From: the human T2T-CHM13v2.0 reference genome, Homo sapiens
Direction: 5' to 3' (one strand)
NCBI RefSeq assembly: GCF_009914755.1
Contig: NC_060937.1
DNA: 64,000 bases
The first letter of the stretch is position 1; each line of letters starts with the position of its first letter. A program made the translations under genes and the position numbers. Below the pieces are notes generated by a model. The model was not told the DNA's origin. It saw only the letters and a program-made list of their open reading frames with translations, and did no database searches. Shown here piece after piece: positions 1-12,600 of the stretch.

Positions 1-269
1 CCAAGATCAAGGTGTCTGCAGATCCATCCTCTGTTGAGGGCTGTTTCCTGGTTTGCAGGTGGCTGTTATCTGGTTGCATTCTCACATGGCAGAGAACAGA
101 GAGCAAAAGCAAGGTCTTGTGCTACTTCTCATAAGGGCACTGATGAGACTCATGAGGGTTCCACCCTTATGACCTGATTACCTTCCAAAAGCCCACCTCA
201 GAATATCACATTGGGGATTAAGCTGCAACATATGAATTTTAGGGGGAAATAAACTTTTAATCCCTAGCA
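1..269 (-). mobile_element. MLT1A-type MaLR LTR fragment, cut by the window start
   Basis: Antisense MLT1/MST-like motifs: ccaagatcaaggtg, ctcacatggcagag, cttatgacctgattaccttccaaaagcccacctc, aacatatgaattttaggggg. Confidence 0.75.
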
Positions 270-711
270 CCTTCTATATTTCCATGTACTTTCAAATCAT
301 TTCCCATCACTGAACTAATCTTCTCTCTCTGTACCATGCTTCCTGAGGGTTCCCTTTAACCTCATGCTTCCTGAATGTTCCCTGTCCCTTCACCTTACTT
401 TCTCTGGCTCCTACTCCTCACCACAGGTTCCAACAGAAACCACCTTTCTGAGTTTTATGCAGTTATTAAGCTTGAATTGTTAGGATAGAAATTTACTTGC
501 TTTCCTTTTTTATGAATTTACCAGTACTCTTCGCATGCACTGTCTATATTGTCTTACTCATCTGTGTGGACCCAGACCCAACACAGTTTATGAGGCTTTC
601 CGTGTGGTGAATGCTCAGGAGATGTTTGTTAGGAAGATGTGGTTGTGTTTGGGAAATTGTTCTGCTGACTCACAAAGTCAGTCCTGTCTGATCTGTTGGC
701 TCCACGTGTAC

Positions 712-960
712 TTTTTTTTTTTTTTTTTTTTTTTTTGAGGCAGAACCTCACTCTGTCACCCAGGCTGGTGTGCAGTGGCATGATCATGGCTCACTGCATT
801 GCAGCCTCAACCTCCCAGGCTCAGGTGGTCCTCCCACCTCAGCCTCCCAAGTATCTGGGACAGCAAGCACATGCCACCACACCCAGCTAACTTTTTTTAA
901 AATTTTTTTGTAGAGAATGGGTCCCACTGTGTTGTCCAGGCTGGGCTTGAACTCTTGGGC
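712..960 (-). mobile_element. AluJ-like, 5'-truncated
   Basis: Poly-T tail followed by ctcactctgtcacccaggctgg...cctcccacctcagcctcccaagta, an A-rich linker and a partial left arm. Confidence 0.9.
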
Positions 961-2829
961 CACATGTATTTCAGTCATGAGCTATCCACGAAATACCTCC
1001 CATGTTTGTTTCTTCTTGTCCTTCCCTTTTTTACTCCCAACACTTCAAGTTCACTCCATATTATTTCTCTTCTGGACCACTGCACAAATGTTCTCTGAAT
1101 GGTAATCCTGTTTCTCTTATTATGTATATATTAAGTGGAAACTTCCCATTTCTTAGCTCTGATTTTTTTTTGCTCCCCTGGTCAAAAACCTTCAGTGTTT
1201 TTGGCCAACTCAATAAAATCAAATCTTTAGAAGTTTGATTTGATAAAGGCTTGGTCTGATAAAACCTATCGAGGGTAGGGTTGATAAAAACATATATCTG
1301 GCTTTCCAAAGTACTATCCAGGCTTATCTCCATCACACCACACTCTCTTATCAGAGTCATTCTGGACTAGTGTGGAATTTCATTTTCTGTCTTTGGATAT
1401 TTCAGCTGTTTAATGTGTGTTGTACTTATTTTCTTTTTGTACCTTAAAATGGCCTCATATCTATTTATTGATAACTCACCCGTTCTGAAAGATCTTAGTC
1501 ATCACTACTAGGTCCCACAGCCTGCATAAGACCTGCTGCGATTTCCTCCAACCAGACATCTCTTTCTCCACCAGCTCCATTGCTTTTTTTCATGCCATTC
1601 TTGTGTTTTCTTTTATTATAGGTACTTGTGGTTCCTCTAAATATATGTATTTAAATATATATTAAAAGAAGTCTCAAATATATATATACATATATGTATT
1701 TATATATATCTAGCATAATCATTTATATACACACAGATACATCAGCCACATATAAGTATGTATATATTTGTTGTACTTTTTATTATTTATGTTTGATCAC
1801 TGAACTATAAATCTTTTAGACTAGAGACCATACCTTATTGCCTTTTGTTTCTTGCATTATATGCTTTAAATAGGTTTCTTGAACTTAAAATTTCACAGAC
1901 CAATTTAGCCATTTCTTACAAAATTCCCAGTAATTGGACTTTACAGCTTTACAACATTTAATAGAAGCAAACTAAAGCCAAGTCTTCATGGCTAAATGTA
2001 TAGAAACATAAAATCATTTATAGAATATAAAATCAAAAAATATAGAATCATTTTTTGATTTAGAACTTTCTAAATTTAGAACTTTCTAAATTTAAAACAA
2101 AGAATGATTCTCACCTATGTATTTTAAGTAATACTCCTAGATATAGAATACTATTTCAGTGAGCTATCCTCGACTAACTAATATTTTAGTGTAGAAAATA
2201 ATTTTGAATTTTTGGGGCGTATTCAAAATTTTCTAAGATACACTATTCCATACGGCACCTTTATTGCTGAAAGATGATATTTACAGAGCCCATAAATGCT
2301 GGGCCTGGGAATTTCTCTCCAGTTTTTAAAAACTTGTTCCTTTTCAAGGTTTAACAAAAAACGAATTGCATTTTGACCTGAGTAAAGCCATATGGTGTTT
2401 ATGTTTTTATTGTGTACAATTAATTTTTAAGATTTTTTTTTAAAGAAAAACAATTTACATAAATGAATTTTTCATTCTCACCACACTCATTTATTACAAG
2501 CAAGAATTTTGCAGGCCAAAATGAATCAAAGAATGGGAAGCATTTCTCAAGATAATAGGATTGGAGAAGGACTTTTACACTGTAAGGCCAGAGAGAAAGA
2601 CAGATAGACAGAGAGAGGCTATTTTTCTATTGACACCCGATCAATTTTTCTCTAAAATTTATTGTGTAAAATTGTACTAACAGATCCCATTTTGATTTCT
2701 ATATATTAACTGTTTTGTTCATTTTAGGTGATTTCTTTGAATAAAATAAAACCAAAATAGATAAAAATCAAGGGACTCTAGTAGCTGATCTAATATTGTT
2801 CTCCTAAATTCCTTGATGTAGCTGCGTCT

Positions 2830-3272
2830 GACCCAACATCAACAACAGGAGAGGTGTTGAGTGGGGATGGGTAATAAATATAAAAATATAGTTGGAATGA
2901 ATAAGATCTAGTATTTGATAGTGCAACAGGGTGACTACATCAACAATAATTTATTATACATTTAAAAATAACTAAAGGAGCTCAAGCCTGTAATCCCAGC
3001 ACTTTGGGAGGCTGAGGCAAGTGGATCACTTAAGCCCAGGAGTTCGAGACCAGCCTGGGTAACATGGTGAAACCCCATCTCTACAAAAAATAAAAAATAA
3101 ACTAAAGTATAATTTGAATGTTTGTAACACAAAGAAATGATAAATGCTTTACGTGATGGGTACCATATTTACCCTGATGTGATTGTTACACATTATGCGC
3201 CTGTATCAAAATATCTAATATACCTCATAAATATATACACCTACTATGTACCCATAAAAATTTAAAATTAAA
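2830..3272 (+). mobile_element. L1MA-type 3' end interrupted by an Alu monomer
   Basis: L1MA 3'UTR motifs aatgaataagatctagtatttgatag and taccctgatgtgattgttacacatt, ending in an A-rich tail. Confidence 0.8.
2980..3100 (+). mobile_element. Alu left monomer (FLAM-like)
   Basis: gcctgtaatcccagcactttgggaggctgaggc...gagaccagcctgggtaacatggtgaaacccc followed by an A-rich tail. Confidence 0.85.
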
Positions 3273-3552
3273 GCAAACGACACTATCATTTCACAGAGAA
3301 TATCCTGAGATGTGCTTTTGAAATCTTTGAAGTTCTAGTCTTTCACTCTTACTCTTACAAGGAAAATTCTGGCAATTAACAAAGTGTTCCATAGATTTTA
3401 GAATAAGAAAAGCTATTAAATCTTCCTGAGTGATTATTTCTCATAGCTTAAAATACAAGTCAGTGTGTGATTAGTTCCTATCACACAAACAATTGCTCAA
3501 GCGTACCCTGAATATTTGAAAGGGCCCAAGAAAAGAAGATGGTACAACTTAC

Positions 3553-3667
3553 CTTGATAGTTATATTCTTTAATTAAAACTAATTAAAGGATTTTAGAAA
3601 TAGTCTTATATTCTTTTGTTTGGAAGACCAGAATATACCCTTGGCATACTTGGTACTATGGTTTCTC
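3553..3667 (-). other. Candidate spliced exon (115 nt), probably non-coding
   Basis: Minus-strand acceptor tcccttgttttctgatccag and donor AAG|gtaagt. Sequence signals only; may be a pseudo-exon. Confidence 0.25.
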
Positions 3668-4202
3668 CTGGATCAGAAAACAAGGGACTGTTCTTTCTTC
3701 TCATTACTTAATATCTATTATTGTTTGCCTTTCACGGCATCCCATCTTATTTTGAGCACAAACAAGCAAAAAAACTAAAGAACACAAAAACCCCAGAACA
3801 ATCCTCTTTACAAGGAACAATCTTCTATATACTTTACTGAACTGTAAAGATGCAATTATCATGTAAAAATGCCAGTATTACATTATCAGACTCTGAATTG
3901 CCAGACTAAAAATCTGAATTAAAATGCAACTACAGAGCAAGACTAAAATTGATATTAAGCATATACAAAGTTATTACATGTTTATATCACATTTAATCCC
4001 ATGTTCAAGAACATTTTTATTGCAGAATGAGGTTTAGTGAATGTTGCCTTGATTTTTAATCGCTTTTTATTCAAATGCTGTTATTGGAAAATGATTGCAA
4101 AGATAATTTATTTAGATATGTAAAATTCTGGGATATTTTCTATTAATGGATATTTTAACTGGTGATAGATTAGGGACCCTGGGGATAAGTATTACGGCTT
4201 AC

Positions 4203-4283
4203 CTTTGCCCTTAGACTTTGTGATCTGAGGTCTCACATTCCTCAGCTGCGTGTATGAACATCTGTCAATCTATTCTATTTTTT
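4203..4283 (-). other. Candidate spliced exon (81 nt), stops in all three frames
   Basis: Minus-strand acceptor ttctttttcttatacattcctag and donor AAG|gtaagc. Confidence 0.25.
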
Positions 4284-4889
4284 CTAGGAATGTATAAGAA
4301 AAAGAATTCAACCAGGGATGTGACTTTCTGATAATCCATGATGCCCTTCTCTTCTCCTAAGCACTATCAATAAACATATCACACCTATTATGTGTTGAAT
4401 AGCAGGGACTTGTCAGATGTCACTAGCGGTTAAACTCCATTCTCATGATTTTAGAAAAGCTGAGAACTATGATATCACTTATAATGATCTTTCCTGAGTA
4501 CGGCTTCATGGCTGGTAACAGATTCATGTCCTAAGACAGGCACAGTTCCACATGGAAAAGCTTAATAACCAGAGCTGTGAATGAACTTTATACCAACTGA
4601 GGGCAGTTCTACCTTGCAAATTAGGAATCAAAAAGTCTCACTAGCCCAGATATTAGGTAAATATGGTAAGTCCCAAATTGAGGAAACATTTTCCCCAAAG
4701 TCTGTGACGTTGGGGATGTTTATTATGTAGCTTTGAATTACTGTAATATATTGTTCAACACCCCCCCAAGCAAATACATAATTATTTATATGGGTTTTAT
4801 TTATATTTGAATTTTGCTGCATTTTGGCTACTAAACTTATAAGTAATGGGAGTTTGTATTTTCCCACTACTAAAGAGTTGGATAGTAAC

Positions 4890-7080
4890 TATATTTGTCC
4901 ATTCTCACCCTGCTAATAAAGACATGCCCAAGACTGGGTAATTTATAAAGAAAAACAGTTTTAATTGACTCACAGTTCAGCACGGCTGGGGAGACTTCAG
5001 AAAACTTACAATCATGGTGGAAGGGAAAGCAAACATGTCCTTCTTCACATGGTGGCAGCAAGGAGAAGTGCTGAGGAAAAGGGGAAAATCCCCTTGTAAA
5101 ACCATCAGATCTCATGAGAACTCACTCACTATCATGAGAAAAGCATGAGGGAAACTGACTGCATAATTCAATTACCTCCTACTGGGTTCCTCCCATGACA
5201 TGTGGGGATTATGGGAACTATAATTCAAGTTGAGATTTGGGTGGGGACACAGACAAACCATATCATTCCACCCCTGGCCCCTCCCACATCTCATGTCCTC
5301 ACATTTCAAAACACAATCATGCCCTTCCAAAAGTCCACCAAAGTCTTAACTCCTTTCAGCATTAACTGAAAAGTCCAAGCCCAATGTCTTATCTGAGACA
5401 AAGCAAGTCCCTTTTGCCTATGAGCCTGTGAAATCAAAAGCAAGTTAGTTACTTCCTAGATACAATGCAGGTGCAGGCATTGGGCAAATACACCCATTCC
5501 AAATGGGAGAAATTGGACAAAACAAAGGGGCCATAGGCCCTGTGCAAGTCTGAAATAATATAGGGCAGTCATTAAACCTTTAAGTTCCAAAATGATCTCC
5601 TTTGACATCATGTCTCACATCCAGGTCATGCTGATGCAAGAGGTAAACTCTCATGGCCTTCGGCAGCTCCAGCTCCATGGCTTTGCAAGGTTCAGCGCTG
5701 CCCCCCACCCCGCCAGCTGCTTTCACAACTGGCATTGAGTGTCTGTGGTTTTTCCAGGTGCATCAGTGCAGGCTGTTGGTGGATATACCTATCTGGGGGG
5801 CTGGAGGACAGTGGCCCTATTCTCATAGCTCCACTATGCAGTGCCCCAGTAAGCACTCTGTGTGGAAGTTCCAACCCCACATTTCCCTTTCACACTGCCC
5901 TAGCAGAGGTTCTCCATGAGGGCTTTGCCCCTGTAGCAGACCTCTGCCTGGACATCCAGGCCTTTCCATACATCCTGTGAAACCTAGACAGAGGTTTCCA
6001 AACCTCAGTTCTTGACTTCTGTGTACCTGCAGGCCCGACACCACATGTAAGCCACCAAGCCCTGGGGCTTGCACCGTCTGAAGCATTGGCCTGAGCTGTA
6101 CATTGGCCCCTTTTAGCCATGGCTGGAGCTGAAGCAGCTGGGATGCAGGGCACCATGTCTGGAGGCTGCACAGAGTAGGGGGGCCCTGGGCCCCACCCAT
6201 ACAACCATTTTTTTCCCTCCTAAGCCTCCAGGCCTATGATGGGAGGGGCTGCAGTGAAGGTCTCTGACATGCCATGGAGACATTTTCCCCATGGTCTTGG
6301 TGATTAATATTTGGCTCCCCTTTACTTATGCAAATTTCTGTAGCCAGCTTGATTTTCTCCTGAGAAATGGGGTTTTCTTTTCCATCTCATCATCAGGCTG
6401 CTAACTTTCCAAACTTTTATGCTCTGCTGCTTCTTGAACATTTTGTTGCTTAGAAATTGCTTCTGCCAGATACCCTAAATCATCTCTCTCAAGTTAAAAG
6501 TTCCACAGATCTCTAGGGCAAGGGCAAAATGCTGCCAGGCTCTTTACATAGCAAGAGTGATCTTTACTCCAGTCCCCAACAAGTTCCTCATCTCTACTGG
6601 AGACTACCTCAATCTGGACTTCATTGTCCATATCACTATCAGCATTTTGGTCAAAGTCATTCAACAAGTATTTAGGAAGTTCTAAAGTTTCCCACGTTTT
6701 CCTGTCTTCTGAGCTCTCCAAATTGTTCCATCCTCTGCCTGTTACCCAGTTCCAAAGATGCTTCTGCATTTTCAGGTACTCTTATAGCAGCACTCCACTC
6801 TACTGGTGCCAGTTTATTATATTTACTGTATCAGTCCATTCTCAGGCTGCTAATAAAGACACACCTGAGACTGGGTAATTTATAAAAGAAATAGGTCTAA
6901 TCGACCCACAGTTCAGCATGGCTGTGGAGACCTCAGAAAACTTACAATCATTGAGGAAACTTACAATCATTGGGGGGTGTGTGTATGTGTGTGTGTATGT
7001 GTGTGTATATATATATATAATATTATATATATATATACACACACATACACACACACATACACACATATATATACACATAT

Positions 7081-7117
<37 letters not shown>

Positions 7118-7358
7118 CACATATATACACCTCACATGTCTTTCTTCACAGGGTGGCACAACGGAGAGGTATAAACAAAATGGGGGGAAAGCCCCTTATA
7201 ATACCATCAGATCTTGTGAGAACTCAGTGTCAGGAGAGCAGCATGAGGGTAACTGCCCCCATGATTCAGTTACCTCCCACTGAGTCATTCCCATGACATG
7301 TGGGAATTATGGGAACTACAAGATGCGATTTTGTTGGGGACACAGCCAAACCATATCA
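4890..7358 (-). mobile_element. THE1-family MaLR provirus (LTR 4890-5265, internal 5266-6826, LTR 6827-7358)
   Basis: Two homologous LTRs, each with gagactgggtaatttataaa-like and aaaccatatca ends, flank a ~1.56-kb internal region. 5-bp TSD GTAAC/GTAGC. Confidence 0.93.
6977..7130. repeat. Compound (TG)n(TA)n(CA)n microsatellite inside the THE1 LTR
   Basis: Directly visible; absent from the partner LTR. Confidence 0.95.
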
Positions 7359-8134
7359 GTAGCTCAAATTAATAGAAATATGACTGCTGAAAAACTAGGC
7401 TGGGTCTCATACAACAGGCACCTCATGCAATCTTTGCTCTTTCGATTCTTTAAAATCTCAGTACTACTAGAGAAAGTTTTAAAATAGTTTCTATAGAATC
7501 TACCTTTCTTGAGACAGTTCAACAATTAGCTTCAGTTCCAAATTTTATACCATGAAGATAAGCTAATAACCAAAAACAAACAACCCATAAATAAAAGTTG
7601 TGCTCCTTCTCACTACCATTCTATATCACCTTCTTCCACAAACAATGCTGCTTTATTTTTCACTCTGACCCTGGGCTGCTTCTCCGACCATTTTACTGTT
7701 TCCAACCCTCTTTCAGTTCATCCTTAGGTGTTAATTAAAATGGCAGGTGTTAAATTGATCATTAGCATGTTTCAGCTACTGTTCTGAGCACAGAATTCCC
7801 TCCAGTGATTCTTTGTTTCTCCCAACATAATCCCTCTTTCTCCAGACATTTTCTCTTCTTCTTTTCCCTGTAGTTTTAACTGCTTCTTACAGAGAAAGCA
7901 GATAACCTGGCATGTCTGCCCCAGCTGTTCTTCATTTATTTCTCAGGCTTATTCCCTCTGAGTAAATAATACAATCAGATATTTTTCTTTTAGTAACAGA
8001 CCAACATCCTATTTATTTTAAGTATTTTGGGGAAAAACAAAACAGAACAAACCTTTGTTAAGTGTATCTCATACACTCCTCATTCAAACTTCATAATATC
8101 CAAGTAGACAGCAGACCCATGATATATCTACTTA

Positions 8135-8547
8135 AATTTTTTAAAATGTAATTACTTTATTATTGTGGTAAGAACACTTAACTTGAGGCCTGCACTCTTA
8201 ACAAATTTTTAAGTGCACGATAAATTATTGTTAAGTACAGGCACGGAGTTGTATAACAGATCCATAGAACTTATTCATTCTGCGTATTTGAAACTTTATA
8301 CCAGTTGAACAGCAACCCCGCCTTTTCCCCTCCCTCTAGCCCCTAGGAGCCAGCATTCTGTTCTCTGTTTCTATGAGTTTGACTATTTTAAGTAACTCAT
8401 ATAAGTAAAATCATGTTGTTTTGTCCTTCTGTGCCTGGTTTAGTTCATTTAACATAATGTCTTCCAGTTCATCCATGTTGTAGAATGTGGCAGGATTTCC
8501 TTTTCTTAAGGCCGAATAATATTCCATTGTGATTGTATGTGTATGTA

Positions 8548-8588
<41 letters not shown>

Positions 8589-8770
8589 TCTATATATATA
8601 TATACTGTAATGCTGTATATATATATATATTTGAACATGGGAGTGCAAATATCTCTTCAATATACTGGTTTCATCTCCTTTGGATATATACATATCCCCA
8701 AAATGGGGTTACTGGGCAACATGATAGTTCTATTTTTCTTTTTTTTTTTTTTGAGGGAATGCTACACTGT
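8135..8770 (-). mobile_element. L1MA/L1MB 3' end with internal (TG)n(TA)n at ~8530-8630
   Basis: tttgtccttctgtgcctggtttagttcatttaacataatg, ggccgaataatattccattgt. The minus-strand peptide TMEYYSAL...ELEDIMLNEL matches the L1 ORF2 end. Confidence 0.85.
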
Positions 8771-9869
8771 TTTCTCTCTCCACACTCATGCACTAGATGC
8801 TGCCAACCCACTTTCCACCTGTACTGTGTAAGGAGAAGTTGGTTTCAGTCTAGACAGAGAAGTTGGTTCCAATCTAGACAGAGCCAGTGTTATTATGGTT
8901 TGTCTGGCCACTGAAGGAGAGAGGTGAATGGAGGTAGGAAATGGAAGGTCCTCTTCCTGCAGCTGATACAGTAGATGGCTAAGGCATTAAGTGTTTAACT
9001 ATTCCCGTACTTCGAAGGACAAAATATTGTTCATGCTTGAACGATATTTCTGATGTAGAGAGGAGCCCTAGGATGTAGAAAGGGCTCCACAGTGCTCCTC
9101 TAACATCCTCTTGTGAGTTGGGAGTAAGTGCAAGGTCCCAGTCCTTAGGACCAAGACAGAAATCTGAGGAGAATAGCAATAGAAAGAGCATCTCCCCTCC
9201 CATCAAATTTATTCATTAAACAAGCACATGTATGAGACCTATTAGTTAAGTAGTCCCATAGACTATTTGCAGAGTGAAAGCAAGCTAAACGTACTACTAA
9301 AAGATGGATTCTTTCTTTCTGGACAGTCAGGGTAACTTGGATTATTTGAAATAAGCAAGAAGTTTAGGCAATCCTTTCAGGATGGAAAAAGCCTTTTGTC
9401 TATATCAAATGAGTTAGATTTAGGTAGCAATTTCACTGTTAACTAATGTACTCCATTCTTTAACAAACGTTAATTGAACATGTCTTTCTGATGAGATACA
9501 GAGTTAGGAGTCCTGTCCTTGGAGCATCTACTGTCTTGCAGGCTGAGTAAATAATGTGGGGAAATATTGCAGATGCTGTGAAAGAAGGTATGGAGGGGAC
9601 ACAAAGGAGGAAGGAGTCACATTTAATAACAATAATTAACATATAAGGAATTATCATTTATGCATATTATATCATGAAGCTGATGTTCTTTTCATTCATA
9701 TTAACAGAATAGAAAATTGAGATGCAGAGAGTATAGAAAACTTAAAGGAGTGCCACACAGCTTACTATCACTATGAATAAACCAAGACTATTGGGCCCTA
9801 GAGCTGAGTTTATTCTTCAGTATTAGACTTTAGTACTGATCGTGTGTATATGTGCAAGTCTTCTTGATG

Positions 9870-11280
9870 AGATAATTCTTTTCCCCAGAAAAAATAGGTG
9901 ACAAGGGCAATCCAGGAAGAGAAAACTGCATGAGAAATACACAAGAGAGTCAAATAACTTTTTTGCAAGCAGTTATATATCAATTAAGTGGAGAGTTCCA
10001 GGTAGATGGAAAGGCACAGCAAGAAAATATAGCCAAGGGCTAGTTCATGATTGTAAACAGTATATCATGGTACTAAAATTAGATTTTAACCTGTAGGTAA
10101 TATAGATACCTTGAATGAATCTAAGTAGGACAGAGCTTAATCCATTTTCTGTCATGCAAGGATGAATTGCAGGGAGTTGAAAATGGCAGCAGACAAATCA
10201 ATAAGCACATTCTTGAATTAAGCCAGACTGTGAGGAGAGGCACTGAATTAAGCTAGGAATAGTGGAGAGAAAGAGTGAAGACGGATAGAATGTGTTAAAA
10301 GAATTAGAGTTTATGACTTAGACAATTCATGACAAATCAGGTATGGGAGTAGAAAAAAGACAGGAGTTTAAAATTATTGAGTGGATGGCAGTGGTATTTA
10401 CTCATTCATACATTCAGTGACATAACAAGTATTTTTCAAATGTTTTCAGGTGACAGACACTGTACAAAGTGTTGGGATATGACACTGAACAGCCAAATAA
10501 ATCTCTGCCTTTAGGAGCTTACATCCTAGAGAAGTGAATAGCATATAGTAAATAACTAGATGACAGTGACAAGTGCAATTAAACAACTGAATGGGCTGAT
10601 AAGAAAGTAAAGGGGATGTTATTTTAGTTGAGAAGGCAGGGATGAAGAAGGCCTATTTTGGAAAGGGATATTAGATTTGAAAAATGGGTAATAAGAACTC
10701 AGCCCTGTGAAGAGGCAGTGGAAGGGAATTGAAACAAAGGAAAGAGCAAAGACAAAAGCTTTGACGTGGGACAGATGTCTTGGTACAGAAATATAATTTA
10801 TTTGAGAATGTTAAAGTGTAGAAGAGAAAAGAAGGTAGAACATGATGAAGCTAGGTATGTATACAGGATCCAGATCATGGAGTCATGTAGCCAAAAATAA
10901 GTTTGGATTTTACTCTAATGACAATGAGAAAACTTTGGAGGTTTTTAAGCTGGGTAGTGACATGTTCCAATTTAAGAGAGCAGAGGAAAAGGAGATGCTA
11001 AGTTCTTGTCATGTTAACTTAGATTAGTCACTAAGACATTCAGGAAGATATGCTTAATAGACAGTGGGGATTATGAGCCTGGGACAAGGGAGATTGGCCT
11101 GGACTATGGTATCAAATTTGTGAGTGATCACATAGATGCCAAAGAACCATGGGTAGAATGAGAACAGAGCCAATAATGTGTCCTGGGGACATTGACATTT
11201 TGAGTGGATAGAGGGAGAGGTTATCTTGGGGAAGAAGGCTGGCTCACTACACAGCACTTGATCCAGATTAGACAGATAAG
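9870..11280 (-). mobile_element. L2 fragments
   Basis: L2 3' end (cattcatacattca...aacaagtatt at ~10405) and typical purine-rich antisense L2 motifs (tttggattttactctaatgacaatgagaa, ggagattggcctggactat). Confidence 0.65.
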
Positions 11281-11861
11281 TCAAATGGGATTAATCAGAA
11301 TTCTGTTCTAAGGTTTATATATTAAATTTTGTTGTCTTCATTGATTTTATCATGTTAGAAAAATGTAAGGCTTAAGCTGATGGCAGCTACAGTGTCTACA
11401 TTTTAATCACAACTTGCATGTCTAATAAAACCATGCAGACATAAACAGAACTAAGAGATTGAGAAAAAGAACCCCAATGAAATTGTTTGACTATGAGTTC
11501 CAGAAAAACTAAAGAAGACCTAAATAAATGAAGACATATTTTGTATTTATATTTGAAAATGTCGGTATTAAGAAGTCCACTCTCTCCAAATTGATCTACA
11601 GATTCAATTAAACTGCAATCAAATTCCCACCAGACTTTTAAAAAGTATATAGATTAGCATGTTGATTCTAAAATAAAAAGGACCTGGAATAACTAAGTCA
11701 ACTGGAAAAGAAGAGTAAAGTTGGAGAACCATTACAACTTAATTTCAAGAGTTATAATAAAGTTACAGTGGTCAAACAGTTTAGTATTGGCATAGAAACA
11801 CACACATACATAGAAAGACAAAGAGCATCACACATATAGATTCTCAACAAAGGTGTAAAAG

Positions 11862-12398
11862 TGAGGCAGGAGACTGGCAGGACTTGTTTTCTGGTCATAA
11901 CCCTGCCAACCAAAGGAAGATCTGGTCCAGATGAGATAAGGTGAAGAAAATGGCCAAAACCAGCAGATTAGGTAATGAGGGGGATCCCTGGCTACCCCCA
12001 TTGATCATTAGCATGGGACACTCCCACCAGCAACATGGCAGTTTACAGATGTCATGGCAATGACCTGAAAGTTAAAACCATTCTCAATGGCAATAACCTG
12101 GAAATTGCTCCCACTTTCCTAGAAAGTTCTAAATGAATTTCCCCTCAATTTGCATTAATCTGCCCCTTAATTTACATGTAATTGAAAGTATGTATAAGTG
12201 AGCATAAAGACAGTTGTTAAGAGCCCACATGTTGCTGACTCTGGGCACACTGTTTATGTGTTAACTCTGCTCCACAAGTTTCAGTACTGTTAAATAAAAG
12301 ATTCCTGTCCAACACTACGGCTCACCCTTGAATTCTTTCCTGGGTGAAACAATCTTTCCAGGCTAAGCCCCAATTTGGGGGTTGCTTGTCCTGAATCA
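11862..12398 (+). mobile_element. ERV1 (MER4-group, MER66/MER41-like) solo LTR
   Basis: TG...CA termini and 4-bp TSD AAAG. Motifs cactcccaccagc and gaattctttcctgggtgaa...ggctaagccccaatttgggg. AATAAA near 12293. Confidence 0.8.
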
Positions 12399-12600
12399 AA
12401 AGTATTAAATGGAGAAAAGACAGTCTTTTCAAAATCCATGATAGAATCATGGGATAGCAGTATGCAGAAAAATGAACTTTGGTCTATACCTTGAACTATA
12501 TGGTTCACAGAGCTAAAGTTAAAACCTAAAACTTGACTACAATTATAAAATTTCCAGAAGGCTCAGAGAAAACTCTTTTTGACTATAAGTTAGGCAAAAT

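Noticed and set aside
6842-7283. HT/YI/CV-repeat ORFs (also at 8411-8914 and 20790-20994)
   Set aside because: Translations of dinucleotide microsatellites.
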